Of a DNA stretch of 64,000 nucleotides, positions 10,296 to 21,436 are shown piece by piece. Source of the stretch: an uncultured virus (IMG/VR IMGVR_UViG_3300025150_000005) (lineage: Duplodnaviria; Heunggongvirae; Uroviricota; Caudoviricetes); the IMG/VR virus record IMGVR_UViG_3300025150_000005, one strand, 5' to 3'. Position 1 is the stretch's first letter. Each line of letters starts with the position of its first letter. Below the pieces are notes generated by a model. It was not told where the DNA came from. It saw nothing but the letters and a program-made list of their open reading frames with translations, and did no database searches. The position numbers were made by a program, and so were the translations under genes.

Positions 10296-10480
10296 ATTGC
10301 CCCCTCGCTTCGACAAGTCCAAGTAGAGGAGACCACAATGAACCGGGCTAGTGCAAACGTACATCGAAACGGAAAGACAGAGTCAACGCTACGTCGATCC
10401 CTACCGACCCCACATTTGGTTCTCGCCAGGGCGATACACGAGACGCCAACCACGCTGCGTGAACCACTGGCCTTGTTGTC

Positions 10481-11686
10481 CTACTTGTGTGTGCGGTACT
10501 CGTAGAGGTAGAGAGGCGCCTCGACGAAAACCTCTGTCGAGAGGTGCGGGCGGAGTCGGTGTGAGTATGCGCTGTCCTCACCGTGCGACAGATCAGGGAA
10601 ACCTGCCCGAAGGGCCAGATCGCGCCGTACAGGGTTCAAGTGATTCGGGCAGCGATAGTGGACGCCATCCGCGGTGTACCACTCGGCGTGACGCAGCGAA
10701 TGCTCGAACGTCGCGGGGCATGCGCCATCAGTCGTGATGATCCCCCGAAGGCCCACGCAGTCAGGCCCCGTGCTCAACGCGCTCAGCACGCGCTTGATGT
10801 AGTCATCAGCGACAAGGTCATCATCGTCGATATAGGCGATGTAGACGCCACGTGCGCGGTCCAACAGCGACTGCCGCTTTGCTCCAATCGAGCGCTCGCC
10901 CCGGTCCGTGTCGACCAAGACCTCAACCCAAGGCTGAGCAGCGGAGACCTGTGGGCAGAGGTTGTCCAGCAGACGGTTGTACCACTCTCGACGTGACTCC
11001 AATGTACAGATCAGAATGCTCAGGCGAACGGGGCTCAACGGCCCAGACCCATCCCACTCCACTGCGCGACGTTGCGCGCACAACGCGCCGTCTGCTGCCC
11101 AGTAGCGCTGATTGCCCATTTGGTACGATTCGATCGGAGGGCCACCCTCGCGCGAGTAGTGTGCGTGATGCTGAACAAGATCTGGTCGTTGCCAAAGGCA
11201 ACCGTGTAACTTGGCGACATGATGTAGTTCTTCGTCCCCGAAGAACGCGATGTAGTTCGGGTGGAGTGGGCCTGCACCACCATATGCACGCGTGAGCCAA
11301 CCGCGCCCAAGCCAAGGACTCCCGCAGATTCGATCTGTCCCCGGAAGTGGATCCCCTATCGGCTGCATCACGCCAAAACCATCGGGGAAGCGCGCGTAGA
11401 ACTCGCGCCCGATCTCGACTGCAGTGTGTCTCTCATCGGGGAAGATGTCGTCGCCACCCGTCACCAGGATGTCAGCCTGCTCCCCAATCTCGTGCGCGAG
11501 TAGGTTCACAGCTGCGAAGTAACCTGGATATTCTGCAGATACGACAAGGTCTGCGTCGACGCCACCGACGCCAGCGTCAAGGAAGACTGCAGTCTTGTAG
11601 CCGCGTGCGCGCCACTTCGCGAGGCACGACTGTGCCCGTGCGGGGTTCGCTGACGGAATCGCGTACCAGACGCGAGGAGTCCACAT
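10481..11686 (-). CDS. two-domain glycosyltransferase (GT-A/GT2)
   Basis: GGDDIFP in the N-terminal domain; LSILICT, IGAKRQ, YIAYIDDDD and GED in the C-terminal domain. Confidence 0.8.
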   Translation of the reverse strand: MWTPRVWYAIPSANPARAQSCLAKWRARGYKTAVFLDAGVGGVDADLVVSAEYPGYFAAVNLLAHEIGEQADILVTGGDDIFPDERHTAVEIGREFYARFPDGFGVMQPIGDPLPGTDRICGSPWLGRGWLTRAYGGAGPLHPNYIAFFGDEELHHVAKLHGCLWQRPDLVQHHAHYSREGGPPIESYQMGNQRYWAADGALCAQRRAVEWDGSGPLSPVRLSILICTLESRREWYNRLLDNLCPQVSAAQPWVEVLVDTDRGERSIGAKRQSLLDRARGVYIAYIDDDDLVADDYIKRVLSALSTGPDCVGLRGIITTDGACPATFEHSLRHAEWYTADGVHYRCPNHLNPVRRDLALRAGFPDLSHGEDSAYSHRLRPHLSTEVFVEAPLYLYEYRTHK

Positions 11687-11707
11687 CGATCACCTCACGA
11701 AGACCAG

Positions 11708-12469
11708 CTAATCAGCAGTTCGTCGAAAAGGGCACGCTTCCCACAACATCGACAGATCAGGTGGAGACATCGACCGCGCCCGACCTACCAGCTCCACGGC
11801 GGGTACAGCAGGACCGCTGCGCAGGTCGAGCGGCGTGTGCACTGAAACACCGCAAGACAGAAACAGGTCCATGAACTTGGTCCCATCCCCCAAGACAGAG
11901 TCGCTGAACTCAGCCCAGCAGACAGGCTTCCCATACGCGATGCCAGCAACTAGCCCGTGCAACGAACTAGACACGATGACATCACAGGCGCAGATCTGAT
12001 CGATCACATGCTCTGGCTCACCCAAGATGCTAATGACCCTGACGTCCGGATCCTCGGCGTAAAGTCCAACGGCGCGGTCATGGTCGACGTAGTGCGGGAC
12101 GATCCCAACCTGGGCTCGCTCGGACGCAATCTTCGGCTGGTAGAACTTCGGGAGGAGAAACCCAGGATCGCCGTAGACTTCAGGACACGCGACACCCGCC
12201 TTGTAGACGCGCCACCTGGAGAGAGGGCCACGCACTGCAAGGATCGTTGTCGGTGGCACACGTTCGGACAGGCTACCGATCCCAGCACCCCAAACAGTCA
12301 TAGTCGCGTTTGCGTGCGCCAGGATAGATCCGCAGACCATGTACTTGGATACTGGGTCCGCACCGCCAACCAGTATTGGCTCCACGCCCGTAATTGCTCG
12401 AACGAGATACACGTTCAGTGCATCGCCGAAGTTGTTGGAGAGGAACCAGAAACAACGCACTGGCGTCAT
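11708..12469 (-). CDS. polysaccharide pyruvyl transferase (ExoV-like)
   Basis: NFGD, AVRGPLS, GDPG, GIVPHY, SSSLHG motifs. Confidence 0.85.
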   Translation of the reverse strand: MTPVRCFWFLSNNFGDALNVYLVRAITGVEPILVGGADPVSKYMVCGSILAHANATMTVWGAGIGSLSERVPPTTILAVRGPLSRWRVYKAGVACPEVYGDPGFLLPKFYQPKIASERAQVGIVPHYVDHDRAVGLYAEDPDVRVISILGEPEHVIDQICACDVIVSSSLHGLVAGIAYGKPVCWAEFSDSVLGDGTKFMDLFLSCGVSVHTPLDLRSGPAVPAVELVGRARSMSPPDLSMLWEACPFRRTAD

Positions 12470-13119
12470 CGCTGCGCACCGCCATCAGCGACGCGCTGAA
12501 AGACGAGATCTGCCTGCAAGTGATCTGCGTCGACGTCCCAGGACGACGTTGGCCCCTGCACCTGGACCCAGCCGCTTGCACGCTGGAAGATCGACAGGAC
12601 ACGACTGATGCTGTTGTCGGGCCCCTTCAAGTAGTGGGGGAGCGTGTCAGGATCCACCTCACACTGGACACGCTGAATGGTCCCGTCCGACAACATCGGC
12701 AGGAGCGTCTCCAGGACTGTCGCGTCGTAGCCCTGCACGTCAGTCACCAGGAGATCGACATGCGTGATCCTCTCCCGGCAAAGCCAGTCGTACAGGTTGA
12801 CTGTCAGGACTTCATACGTCCCCTTGAGGTCGAAGTGGTCTGCGGCCCAGAAGTCACGCACCACTGCGACGGCGTCAGGGTTGATCTCGGCCAGTGAGCC
12901 CGAGCCTGCATCGTTGCCGTAGACCTGGAAGGACTGCAGGCCGTCCTGCGCGGCGAGCGCCGCTTGGTGCACACGCACGTGCCGCCAAGGAGCAAAGCGC
13001 GTGCGGAGCGCAGCAGCAAGCCCGGGGTGCGCCTCGAAGGCCTCGATTCGATCGAAAGCGTCCACGAGGCCAGCCAGACTCCCACCTGTGTGCGCTCCGC
13101 AGTAAATCAGCGTTGCCAC
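12466..13119 (-). CDS. FkbM-family methyltransferase
   Basis: [26 protein letters not shown] start with AGGAG SD. Confidence 0.8.
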   Translation of the reverse strand: MATLIYCGAHTGGSLAGLVDAFDRIEAFEAHPGLAAALRTRFAPWRHVRVHQAALAAQDGLQSFQVYGNDAGSGSLAEINPDAVAVVRDFWAADHFDLKGTYEVLTVNLYDWLCRERITHVDLLVTDVQGYDATVLETLLPMLSDGTIQRVQCEVDPDTLPHYLKGPDNSISRVLSIFQRASGWVQVQGPTSSWDVDADHLQADLVFQRVADGGAQR

Positions 13120-14156
13120 GCTGCTCTCCTCAGGTCGTGCTCGACCATCTCGCTGACCATCTGATCCAAAGTCGTCTCCGGGCACCAGTCGAGGATCCTA
13201 CGCGCCAGCGTGGCGTCCCCCTGAAGGTGGTGGACGTCCACCGGGCGGAAGTAGTGCGAGTCAACGCAAACACGGCACGCACCCGTGCGGTTGTCGATGC
13301 CCTGCTCATCTGCGCCGACCCCACACCAGTTCAGTTGAACATCAACACACGCGAAGGCGAGATCCACGAACTCGCGGACGGTGTGGGATTTCCCGGTCGC
13401 CAGGACGAAGTCGCCTGGACTGTCCTGTTGGACCATGAGCCACATCCCCTGGACGTAGTCCCGAGCATGCCCCCAATCCCGACGCGCATCCAGGTTCCCA
13501 AGACGAAGTGGCGACACGTCGCCGTGCTGCTGCGCCGCAACGGCCCGCGTGATCTTCCGCGTGACGAAAGTCTCGCCTCGCAACGGGCTTTCGTGGTTGA
13601 AAAGGATACCATTCGACGCGTGAATCCCGTATGCTTCTCGGTAGTTCACGGTGATCCAGTACGCATACAGCTTCGCTGCTGCGTAGGGGCTGGACGGCCA
13701 GAACGGCGTTGACTCGGATTGTGGCGCGGGTGCATTCCCAAACAGCTCCGACGTCGATGCCTGATAGAACCGCGTCTGCTTCAAACCCAGGATCCGAATC
13801 GCCTCCAGCAGGCGTAGGGTTCCCAGACCGTCCGCATTCGCCGTGTACTCTGGCGTCTCGAAGCTGACCTGCACGTGGCTCTGCGCGGCGAGGTTGTAGA
13901 TCTCGTCGGGTCGGACGTCCTGCACGACGCGAATCAGGTTCGTCGCGTCCGTCATGTCCCCGTAGTGTAGGTGGAATGGCAAGTCGCCGCCACAACCCAC
14001 AGACTGGTTGAACAGGTCGTCGACCCGCTCCGTGTTGAGCGACGACGCCCGGCGCTTCAGGCCGTGCACCTCGTAGCCCTTCTCCAGCAAGAGCTGCGCG
14101 AGGTAGGCCCCGTCCTGCCCGGTGCAGCCTGTGATGAGAGCCCGACGACGCCCCAT
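13107..14156 (-). CDS. gmd: GDP-mannose 4,6-dehydratase
   Basis: [63 protein letters not shown]. Confidence 0.95.
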   Translation of the reverse strand: MGRRRALITGCTGQDGAYLAQLLLEKGYEVHGLKRRASSLNTERVDDLFNQSVGCGGDLPFHLHYGDMTDATNLIRVVQDVRPDEIYNLAAQSHVQVSFETPEYTANADGLGTLRLLEAIRILGLKQTRFYQASTSELFGNAPAPQSESTPFWPSSPYAAAKLYAYWITVNYREAYGIHASNGILFNHESPLRGETFVTRKITRAVAAQQHGDVSPLRLGNLDARRDWGHARDYVQGMWLMVQQDSPGDFVLATGKSHTVREFVDLAFACVDVQLNWCGVGADEQGIDNRTGACRVCVDSHYFRPVDVHHLQGDATLARRILDWCPETTLDQMVSEMVEHDLRRAAWQR

Positions 14157-15037
14157 CACCAAACCTCCAGGACACGCTCGGGGAGCCTCGGCTCCGCCAG
14201 CGCTGCGACTACGCCAGGAAACAGGTCCAGGTGCATATCGCCCGCACCGTACTGCTCGAAGATGCGTGTGTTGTCGTGCGCCCCGACGCGTCCGATGTAG
14301 ACGCCGTGGTTCACAGTCGGCTGGACGGCCCACACCCCAGCGGCGTAGCAGGCCGCACCCAACACCCCGTCGTAGCTCGTCGCCCAATCCATCAGCGGCG
14401 GCAACGCGGGCCACCCAAGGATCTCAGCGATGAGTCCACGCACCGCAGGTCGTGGTACGTCGCGGCTGTCGACTCGGGCCAGCGTCGCCAAGTACGCATC
14501 AACCGGCGCACGCGTGGCCTCGAACACAGGTCGGGTCAGGAGTGTGCACAGGTAGCTCGGCACATTCGCGGGCGTCATCTGCACGTCGTGCAGACGTGAC
14601 CTCTTCCACTCGCGACCCTCAGCACACCATGCGTGCAGTGTCGGCATGATCAGATCAGTCTTTGCCGCCACCACAGCGCCGTCGTGCAATGCCTGCAACG
14701 CCTGCAGCGCGTAGGGTGCGACGATCAGATCATCCTCGACCTGCAGAACGGCGTCGTACCCTTGATCAAAGAGCGCGCGGTGCATCCGCGGGAGCGCGAT
14801 GTCGGGTCCCAGATGCTCCCCCCAGACGTGCAACTGCACACCGGGAAGGATCTGTCGCAGGAGGCCGCGCATGGTCGCCTGTGCCTGCACATCAGCGTCC
14901 GATGTGGGCCCATCCACGAAGACCCATGTGTCCTGCACGCCGGTCCAGTCAGCACCCGCCAACGCCGTGATGGTCGCTAGGAAATAGGCTGCGCGGTTGT
15001 AGGTGGGCACTGCCAAGGCGGTGCGATACTCGTGCAC
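14156..15037 (-). CDS. glycosyltransferase (GT-A fold)
   Basis: PTYNR, FVDG and VEDD (DxD-like) motifs. Confidence 0.7.
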   Translation of the reverse strand: MHEYRTALAVPTYNRAAYFLATITALAGADWTGVQDTWVFVDGPTSDADVQAQATMRGLLRQILPGVQLHVWGEHLGPDIALPRMHRALFDQGYDAVLQVEDDLIVAPYALQALQALHDGAVVAAKTDLIMPTLHAWCAEGREWKRSRLHDVQMTPANVPSYLCTLLTRPVFEATRAPVDAYLATLARVDSRDVPRPAVRGLIAEILGWPALPPLMDWATSYDGVLGAACYAAGVWAVQPTVNHGVYIGRVGAHDNTRIFEQYGAGDMHLDLFPGVVAALAEPRLPERVLEVW

Positions 15038-15046
15038 GTGCCCGAC

Positions 15047-15562
15047 TCAGCGCGTCGCGCGGTGGATCTGAATCGGATCGTCGTAGAGGCGCCCCAATTC
15101 CAAGCTCCCCCTCCACCCACACGTCCCGGCTTGAATCTGTGCGTGCTTGGGCGCGACGATCCCATTCGTCTCCGAATCGAGGTAGTCGCAGGAGAACGCG
15201 CCCACCACCGTCACCAGCGGACGCACGACCCCAGGCTCAGACTGCGCCTGGGTCATCCTGTCCCAGTGGATGATGATCTGGCGCCCACCATCCAGGTGGG
15301 GCCCGCGGATATGCAGGGGGCCCCAACAACGCGGGCAGAGGAGCTGGAGACCCAGAATCCGCGCCTTCTCGTCGATGGTCTGGCCCACACGCATCATCTC
15401 GATGTCGCAGGAGCACTCCCGCAGCTGATCGCCGTGGCCGTAGACGTAGAAGCCCTCGGGAGCGCCCATTGCATTCAGGCCGAGGGTCGGGCGCACGGCG
15501 ATCCGCGGCTGGTGCTGCTGAAACTGCGCGTCCATCGACCCCCAGGTAGGGTTCAGCGCCAC
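15047..15562 (-). CDS. Cys-rich hypothetical protein (paralogue 1)
   Basis: CPRC...C...CGWRG pattern shared with the next gene. Confidence 0.6.
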   Translation of the reverse strand: MALNPTWGSMDAQFQQHQPRIAVRPTLGLNAMGAPEGFYVYGHGDQLRECSCDIEMMRVGQTIDEKARILGLQLLCPRCWGPLHIRGPHLDGGRQIIIHWDRMTQAQSEPGVVRPLVTVVGAFSCDYLDSETNGIVAPKHAQIQAGTCGWRGSLELGRLYDDPIQIHRATR

Positions 15563-15566
15563 GCCG

Positions 15567-16100
15567 TCACCGCCCCGTCAGGACGACCTGCTCGGCCTCC
15601 CGCTCCGCCGGAGAGATGATGCCGCCGCAGGTGCACGCGTGGTAGTTGTCCCCGCCCGGCGTCGCGAAGTTCGCCAGGGGACAGCGCGGGTGATGCGCCG
15701 AGCCCTCACGGATGACGCCCACCCAGCCGCAGCGCTGGTGGTGTCCCCTGCTGTGACCGCTGGCGTTCATCCCGACCCAGTGCCCAGGACACTGCATCGC
15801 GCGCTTGACGGTGATGAGCCCTTCTTCGTCGTACCCGACGACCCCCGCCTCGTGCGGGATCCGGAAGGGGTAGGTGCACTTGGGACAGCAGGCGTCGATG
15901 GCGACCAGGATCGGAGGGCCGCCAGGGGGCGTCCACACCACGGGGTCGCAGGTGACGAGCCGTCGCGCTTGGGGCGCCACGTTGCGGTTGCAGGTATCGT
16001 ACCGTTCACCGCCGCGGAAGATGAACTTCAGATCTGGGAGCGCGTAGTTGCGAGCTGCCGCTTGGGCCGCTTGCGCGAAGTCCCCACCGAAACCCGACAT
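15567..16100 (-). CDS. Cys-rich hypothetical protein (paralogue 2)
   Basis: CPKC...C...CGWVG pattern. Confidence 0.6.
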   Translation of the reverse strand: MSGFGGDFAQAAQAAARNYALPDLKFIFRGGERYDTCNRNVAPQARRLVTCDPVVWTPPGGPPILVAIDACCPKCTYPFRIPHEAGVVGYDEEGLITVKRAMQCPGHWVGMNASGHSRGHHQRCGWVGVIREGSAHHPRCPLANFATPGGDNYHACTCGGIISPAEREAEQVVLTGR

Positions 16101-16117
16101 CGCTCACCCCTACGAAT

Positions 16118-19100
16118 CTACTTACGTTCGGATGTAGGTTTACCCGAGCGTCGACGCGGCGGCAAGGCTTTTTCCGAAGGTTCGTCGAGGGGTCCACCCG
16201 ACGCTTCGCGTGGGGGGCTCCCTGAGTCCTGAGCGTCGGAGTCCTTGGACCGGCCCTTACGCACGCGCGGTGCAGTCGACGCACGCGCTTGAGAGAGGCC
16301 CAGGCTAGGTCCAGGGCTGCTCGGGCGCGGGGGTGGAGGGGACGGCTTGGGCGTGCCCATCTCCTTGAGACCCTCAGCTTCGAGGGCAGCGCCTCGCTCC
16401 TGCGCGGCACGGCCCTCCTTCACCTTGCGCTCGGCCGCCATCGCCCGCGTGATGACGCCACGCGGGTTCATGAGGCTGTCAGAGACACTCGGGGCCTGCC
16501 CCACAGCACGCGGGTAGGGTCGAGTGCCCTGCGGACCCGCAGCGCGCTGGACGCCAGTCGTCCTGCGTCGGGGCGGCGTGAACTCGCCACGTCCAGCCTG
16601 GAAGTAGGTCTCGATCGCGTCGTCGGGCGGGATGACGCCACCACGATCCAAGGTCAGGGCCTGGGTCAAGGCGCGCTGCGCGCGCTCACGCGTCTCACGG
16701 GACGCTGTCTCGAAACGCTCGACCGAGATTCGCTCCGCCTGATCCGGATAGAGGTGCACTCGCGGACGCGTGGCGTACTCACGCAGCAACTCACGCTCTC
16801 GACGAACAGCATCCTGACGCGTCGGGTACACCAGATCAGTTCGGCTGTCAGTGAGGACACGCCCATCTGCGAGCCGCGTAGCCTGGACCTTGAACGCACC
16901 GGGACCCCGCTGCACGATCTCGGTCCGAATCGTCGGGACACGCGGCCGGTAGAGCCCACGATCCGAGGAGAGCGGGAAGCCTGACGGGTTCTCACGGGGA
17001 CCGTGCTGCGCTTCCCACATGGCCGCCTCACGGGCACGGGTCTCCGCGACCGATTGCAGCACGGCCTGCTGATCCGCGATGCGGCGCTGGAGGGCTTCCT
17101 CAGCGACTGCGACCCGAGCGACGTCAGCCTGAGCCTGCGCGAGAGCGCGCTGAGCTTGACTGCCTGCCTTGACGATGCCCGACGACGTCTCGGCGCGCTG
17201 GAGCAGTCGGTGGGCTGCTGCAACGTCACGCGGGGACACGTCAGAAGGGAGTTGACCTGCTTCGTCCAATCGGACAATCTCATGGGCAGCACGAACCCGA
17301 TCATCGAACGCCGCTTGCCGCTGCGCAGCTGCGTGCACTTCCGCATCGATCCGTGCTGCGATCTCACGTACTCGGTTCTCGGCCGCCTGTCGGGCTTCAC
17401 GCAGCTGTGCTCGCTCCGTATCTTCGCGGGGCAGCGTCACGGTCGGCTGGCCCACTGCGTCGGCTTCGACGATCTCAGCTGCACTGCTCTGCGCGATGAG
17501 AGCGCTCGCCGGTGCCAGGAAGCCCTGGTAGCGCACGTCGAGCTGTCCAGCCTGAGCAGCCCGCACCACCTGCAACGCCGCCCTCAGATCGTGCATGCGC
17601 ACAGCCTGTGCACGCCACATCTCGGCGGGTGTCGGCTCACGTGGCCCGATGGGCGCGTCCAATGCTACAACTGGGTCGGGTGCACGCGGGGTGGGCCGGT
17701 GCTGCTCCACCAGCGCCTGGGCTGCAGCCAGTGTCCCTGGAGGGACGTCATCGGCCTGTCCAGTCTCGACCATCCGAACGATCTGCCGCGCGGCCCGGAG
17801 GCGCTTCACTTCGAGGTCAGCAGCAGCCTTAGCCGTGGCCTCTGCAGCTCGGTGGCGAGCGCGCTGCTCAGCGAGCGCGAGCTTGCGGTCCTGCCTGCGC
17901 TCCTGATCCCCCTCGGCCTCCTCATCCTCAAGATCCCACTCGTCCTCGTCCTTCTCACGACGCGCCTGTTCTTCAGGGGACATCGCGTCCCACTCTGCCC
18001 GCGCTGCAGCACGACGCGCATCAGTCTCAACCTGACGCGCCTCATCCTCTCGTGCCGTGCGGCGAACCCGTGCGGTCACAGCCTTCTTCTGTGCTTCACC
18101 TCGTGCCTCAGTCACGTGCGCCAGAATCGCGGCGCTCGCCTTCCGTGCATCACCATCGAACACGTCGAGCAGCGACGCTGGTGACCCCTGCCCCACGAGT
18201 GCGGTCAGCAGGGCTCCGGGATCTCCCTGAACATCCTCCCGGAACGTGGTCAAGTCGTCGCTGCCGTAGATCTCGAACAGGTCGCTGGCGCCGTCCTCCA
18301 GCGGAAAGACGTGGAACAGCGCCTTCATCAGCGGCCCAGCCTGTCCGCCGTAGTAGAGCCGTTGGAGCGTGCGTGCCAACGCGCTCCGCTCTGCGATCTC
18401 GTGCGCAGACTCCTGGACAGCAATCGCACCCGGGCTGTCCCCGCGGCTACCGCGCGACAAGTAGGCCACCACGTTGGCCGGGGTGTGCCCTTCAAACACC
18501 GGGCGCACGCCGCCCAGGCGGTCACCCTCTGAGCCCCCACGCACACCCACGACGACAGGCCAACGCGTGCCGCGCACGACCTGCTCAACGGCGTCCCGGT
18601 CCCGCAGTGGTGCGACCGACCCCATGACCTCGTCGAGGTCAAAAGGGAGGTCGACATCGAACTCAGCTTCGGCGATACTGCCCTCGTCGGGGACGACCGT
18701 GTAGTAAGGCAGATCCTGTCGCGCAAGCCAAGGGTCGAGCCGTGACACAATCCAACGCGTAGTCCATGTCGTGCGCGTATCGGCTGCACCCCAAGTTATC
18801 GCAGCGCCTCGACCCGGCACACCCACACGCGTCAGTCGCCCTGAGTCGTCGCCAACCATCTCTCGGCCCACAGCCGGGTACCAGACCAGCTCGTCACGCA
18901 AGAAGAGCGCGCGCTGATCGAACGCGAAGACAGGGGCAGCGTACGCGATCAGCTCGTCGCGCTTCTCGTTAGCGAAGTCCTGCGCATCTTCACGCACACT
19001 GAAGTCTGCGTGCACCCGCCGACGCCTGCTCGGATCCTGCCAGCGCACACGATGCACACCGTTCGGCCCAACGACGATCTCGATGGTGGGGGCACGGTAC

Positions 19101-19795
19101 GACGGATCCTTCAGCGCCAGCGCCGCGCTCACCGCCTGTCGAAGCCCACGCCACGTCGTCGCCACGGCGATCGGCACACCTCGACGCACGATCAACCACG
19201 ACCGCTGCCCACCACCCAACTCACGGTGCCCGACAGCGCCGTCCCGTGTCCCCACGCGGTCCCAGAAGCGCACCTGCCGCGGTCCCGGTGGGGGCCTCGG
19301 CGTCGCAGGGAGGGGTCGGTCGCCAATCCAGCGCCGCCGCGACGGATCAGGGATCAGCGCACCCAGGGGCGAGCCCGGGGGGCGCGGCGCGCCAGGGAGT
19401 GCCGAGCGAACGATGTCCAGGTCACGACCGAGCTGCTTGCGGTTCAGGCCTGTTGCTGTCCGGCTCGTCTCGAAGTACGTCGACCACATCGGCGCAAACG
19501 GGGTCAGCGCAGCGAAGCCCTCGGGCTCCGACCACCACAGCTCGTGAAACGAATCGAAGACCGGCAGCACACCGAGCTTGAGCGTGACCGTCTGCGGAGG
19601 CGGCGGGGGGACGTTCGCGGGGTCTCGGTAGCTGAAGTACGTCGCCCACGCGAGGCCTGCTGGATCCTTCAGGAAACGCACCCGGTGCTGGACGTACTCG
19701 TCGCGCAACGCGCGCACGCCTTCACGCGCAGCCGTCGTGCGAGGCAGGTGATCGAGCGGAGGTGCAGCAGGGAGCGGGTAACGGACAGGATCCAC
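16118..19795 (-). CDS. large (1225 aa) hypothetical protein with coiled-coil regions
   Basis: Long ORF within the structural-like operon; no recognisable enzyme motif. Confidence 0.65.
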   Translation of the reverse strand: MDPVRYPLPAAPPLDHLPRTTAAREGVRALRDEYVQHRVRFLKDPAGLAWATYFSYRDPANVPPPPPQTVTLKLGVLPVFDSFHELWWSEPEGFAALTPFAPMWSTYFETSRTATGLNRKQLGRDLDIVRSALPGAPRPPGSPLGALIPDPSRRRWIGDRPLPATPRPPPGPRQVRFWDRVGTRDGAVGHRELGGGQRSWLIVRRGVPIAVATTWRGLRQAVSAALALKDPSYRAPTIEIVVGPNGVHRVRWQDPSRRRRVHADFSVREDAQDFANEKRDELIAYAAPVFAFDQRALFLRDELVWYPAVGREMVGDDSGRLTRVGVPGRGAAITWGAADTRTTWTTRWIVSRLDPWLARQDLPYYTVVPDEGSIAEAEFDVDLPFDLDEVMGSVAPLRDRDAVEQVVRGTRWPVVVGVRGGSEGDRLGGVRPVFEGHTPANVVAYLSRGSRGDSPGAIAVQESAHEIAERSALARTLQRLYYGGQAGPLMKALFHVFPLEDGASDLFEIYGSDDLTTFREDVQGDPGALLTALVGQGSPASLLDVFDGDARKASAAILAHVTEARGEAQKKAVTARVRRTAREDEARQVETDARRAAARAEWDAMSPEEQARREKDEDEWDLEDEEAEGDQERRQDRKLALAEQRARHRAAEATAKAAADLEVKRLRAARQIVRMVETGQADDVPPGTLAAAQALVEQHRPTPRAPDPVVALDAPIGPREPTPAEMWRAQAVRMHDLRAALQVVRAAQAGQLDVRYQGFLAPASALIAQSSAAEIVEADAVGQPTVTLPREDTERAQLREARQAAENRVREIAARIDAEVHAAAQRQAAFDDRVRAAHEIVRLDEAGQLPSDVSPRDVAAAHRLLQRAETSSGIVKAGSQAQRALAQAQADVARVAVAEEALQRRIADQQAVLQSVAETRAREAAMWEAQHGPRENPSGFPLSSDRGLYRPRVPTIRTEIVQRGPGAFKVQATRLADGRVLTDSRTDLVYPTRQDAVRRERELLREYATRPRVHLYPDQAERISVERFETASRETRERAQRALTQALTLDRGGVIPPDDAIETYFQAGRGEFTPPRRRTTGVQRAAGPQGTRPYPRAVGQAPSVSDSLMNPRGVITRAMAAERKVKEGRAAQERGAALEAEGLKEMGTPKPSPPPPRPSSPGPSLGLSQARASTAPRVRKGRSKDSDAQDSGSPPREASGGPLDEPSEKALPPRRRSGKPTSERK

Positions 19796-19808
19796 GGGTC
19801 GTCCCTTC

Positions 19809-20678
19809 TCAGACGTAGACGCGACCCTGGAACAGTACCTCGAAGAGGGCCTTCTGCGGGAGGATGTAGCCGGTCAGATCCACCGACACTGCCGTCGGGA
19901 TCAGGCCGGGGGCAACTGCGCCCGTGGTCCACACGCCGTCGATGCGCGCGCCGTCGACCGCGTAGAGCGCGGTCGGGTGTGAGCCCAGGTTGAGCAGGTT
20001 CTGGTTCAGGAGCGTGTAGCCGAAGACCGTGCGAGTCACACCCACACCGCTGTTTGGGTCGAAGAGCGACTCGCGCAGATCACCAATGGAACCGCCGCCG
20101 ATTGCGAGGTAGTGCGCGACGCGACCGTAGGCGTCGAACTGATCCGACAGGGCGGTCAGCGCGTTGAGATCCACTGCCTGCTGGCCCGAGACCAGCCACG
20201 ACGGGGTCCAGGTCATGATGATCACGCCGAGCCCGCGAGGCACCGTGTACAGCGTCTGCCGTACGACAGTACCGGCGATGATGGTCGCCGTACCCTGCGT
20301 CGAGATTCGTCGATGCCAGGGTCGCAGGATCTGCGGAGGCAACCTGTCCAGGAAGCGCCCCGTCGTGTTGGTCGCGCCCGACGGACCACGGATGAGCCCG
20401 CCTGCGCCGTGCGTCGTCGGGTAGGGGATGACCGCACCGAGCCCAGGCACGTTCATCCCGCCGAGCGCAGCGGCCCGCGGCATCGGGTAGTTCCAGTCGG
20501 TGGTCGGGATCAGCTCGGGCGTCGGGCCCACGAAGGGCTCTGCCGTCATGCCCTCTGACGGCTGCGCGTGCGCGATGAAGCCCGTGGGGCCATCGAAGCG
20601 CGCCCCTCCCACCATCGCGGGGAGGAAGGGCTTGTGGAACGCGGGCTCCAGGGGCCCCGGGTTGATGAAGGTCACCAC
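19809..20678 (-). CDS. putative minor capsid-like beta-rich protein
   Basis: Gly/Pro-rich N-terminus, then beta-rich domain ending VSVDLTGYIL, like its neighbours. Confidence 0.45.
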   Translation of the reverse strand: MVTFINPGPLEPAFHKPFLPAMVGGARFDGPTGFIAHAQPSEGMTAEPFVGPTPELIPTTDWNYPMPRAAALGGMNVPGLGAVIPYPTTHGAGGLIRGPSGATNTTGRFLDRLPPQILRPWHRRISTQGTATIIAGTVVRQTLYTVPRGLGVIIMTWTPSWLVSGQQAVDLNALTALSDQFDAYGRVAHYLAIGGGSIGDLRESLFDPNSGVGVTRTVFGYTLLNQNLLNLGSHPTALYAVDGARIDGVWTTGAVAPGLIPTAVSVDLTGYILPQKALFEVLFQGRVYV

Positions 20679-20691
20679 GGGGGGCCTCCGC

Positions 20692-21321
20692 TCACACTGC
20701 GTAGTTCAGGATCTGGGCGAGGCGCAGACCGGGGTTCAGGATCCGATAGCCCGTGAGGCTCATCACCAGCTCGCCTGCGCGCGGCATCGCGAGCTTGGGC
20801 GTCGCGTCGAGGACGAAGCGGTCCGAGGGATCGATCCACCCCTGGATGGCGAAGTAGTTCGGCACGTTCCAGGTGTCCGCGAAGGGGCCGGGCATCCCCT
20901 GCTGGCCAGTCCAGAACACGCCCGAGCCCGCGAGCTGGTACTTGAAGTCGAACTCCGGGACGATCGCGGCCAGGGGCAAGAGACCGTTGGTCAGCTCCAC
21001 CCCCATGGCCGACCCGAAGAGCGTGACCGGGAGGTACCGATTCACGAGGCTCCCGGCGTCCGTCACCAGGAAGGCTGTCCGGATCTGCGTGACCACGAAC
21101 GGGCCGTCCTGGTCGACCTCCACGGTGCCCTGCAGGTTCGACGTCGAGCCCACCTCGAAGGCGATCCGCAGCGTGAGCGTCTGCGGACGCCGAATGCCGG
21201 GGACGTCCTCGATTCGCTTCGGGCGCACCGTGGCACCACGTTCACCGACGATGAGCCCACGCAGCTCGGCCAGCTGCGCCTGGGTGGCCTGAATCTGGCG
21301 GTTGAGATCAGTGACGTCCAC
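20692..21321 (-). CDS. putative single jelly-roll capsid protein
   Basis: 209 aa; alternating beta strands (VEVDQDGPFVVTQI; LVMSLTGYRI) after an N-terminal coiled coil. Confidence 0.5.
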   Translation of the reverse strand: MDVTDLNRQIQATQAQLAELRGLIVGERGATVRPKRIEDVPGIRRPQTLTLRIAFEVGSTSNLQGTVEVDQDGPFVVTQIRTAFLVTDAGSLVNRYLPVTLFGSAMGVELTNGLLPLAAIVPEFDFKYQLAGSGVFWTGQQGMPGPFADTWNVPNYFAIQGWIDPSDRFVLDATPKLAMPRAGELVMSLTGYRILNPGLRLAQILNYAV

Positions 21322-21344
21322 GGGCGGGATCCTCCCCTAGAAGC

Positions 21345-21380
21345 GGGAAAGCCCCCGCGCCGCGGGGCGAGGGGGCCTCC
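21345..21380 (-). terminator. possible terminator after the putative major capsid gene
   Basis: Minus strand GGCCCCC...GGGGGCT hairpin followed by a short TTTCCC tract. Confidence 0.35.
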
Positions 21381-21436
21381 TCATGTGTCGGACACTCACG
21401 ACGAGCGCGCTGCGCTCCCGCCATGAGGGCGCTGTC

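Noticed and set aside
9174..10480. Diversity-generating retroelement
   Set aside because: No reverse transcriptase and no adenine-variant template repeat seen in this window.
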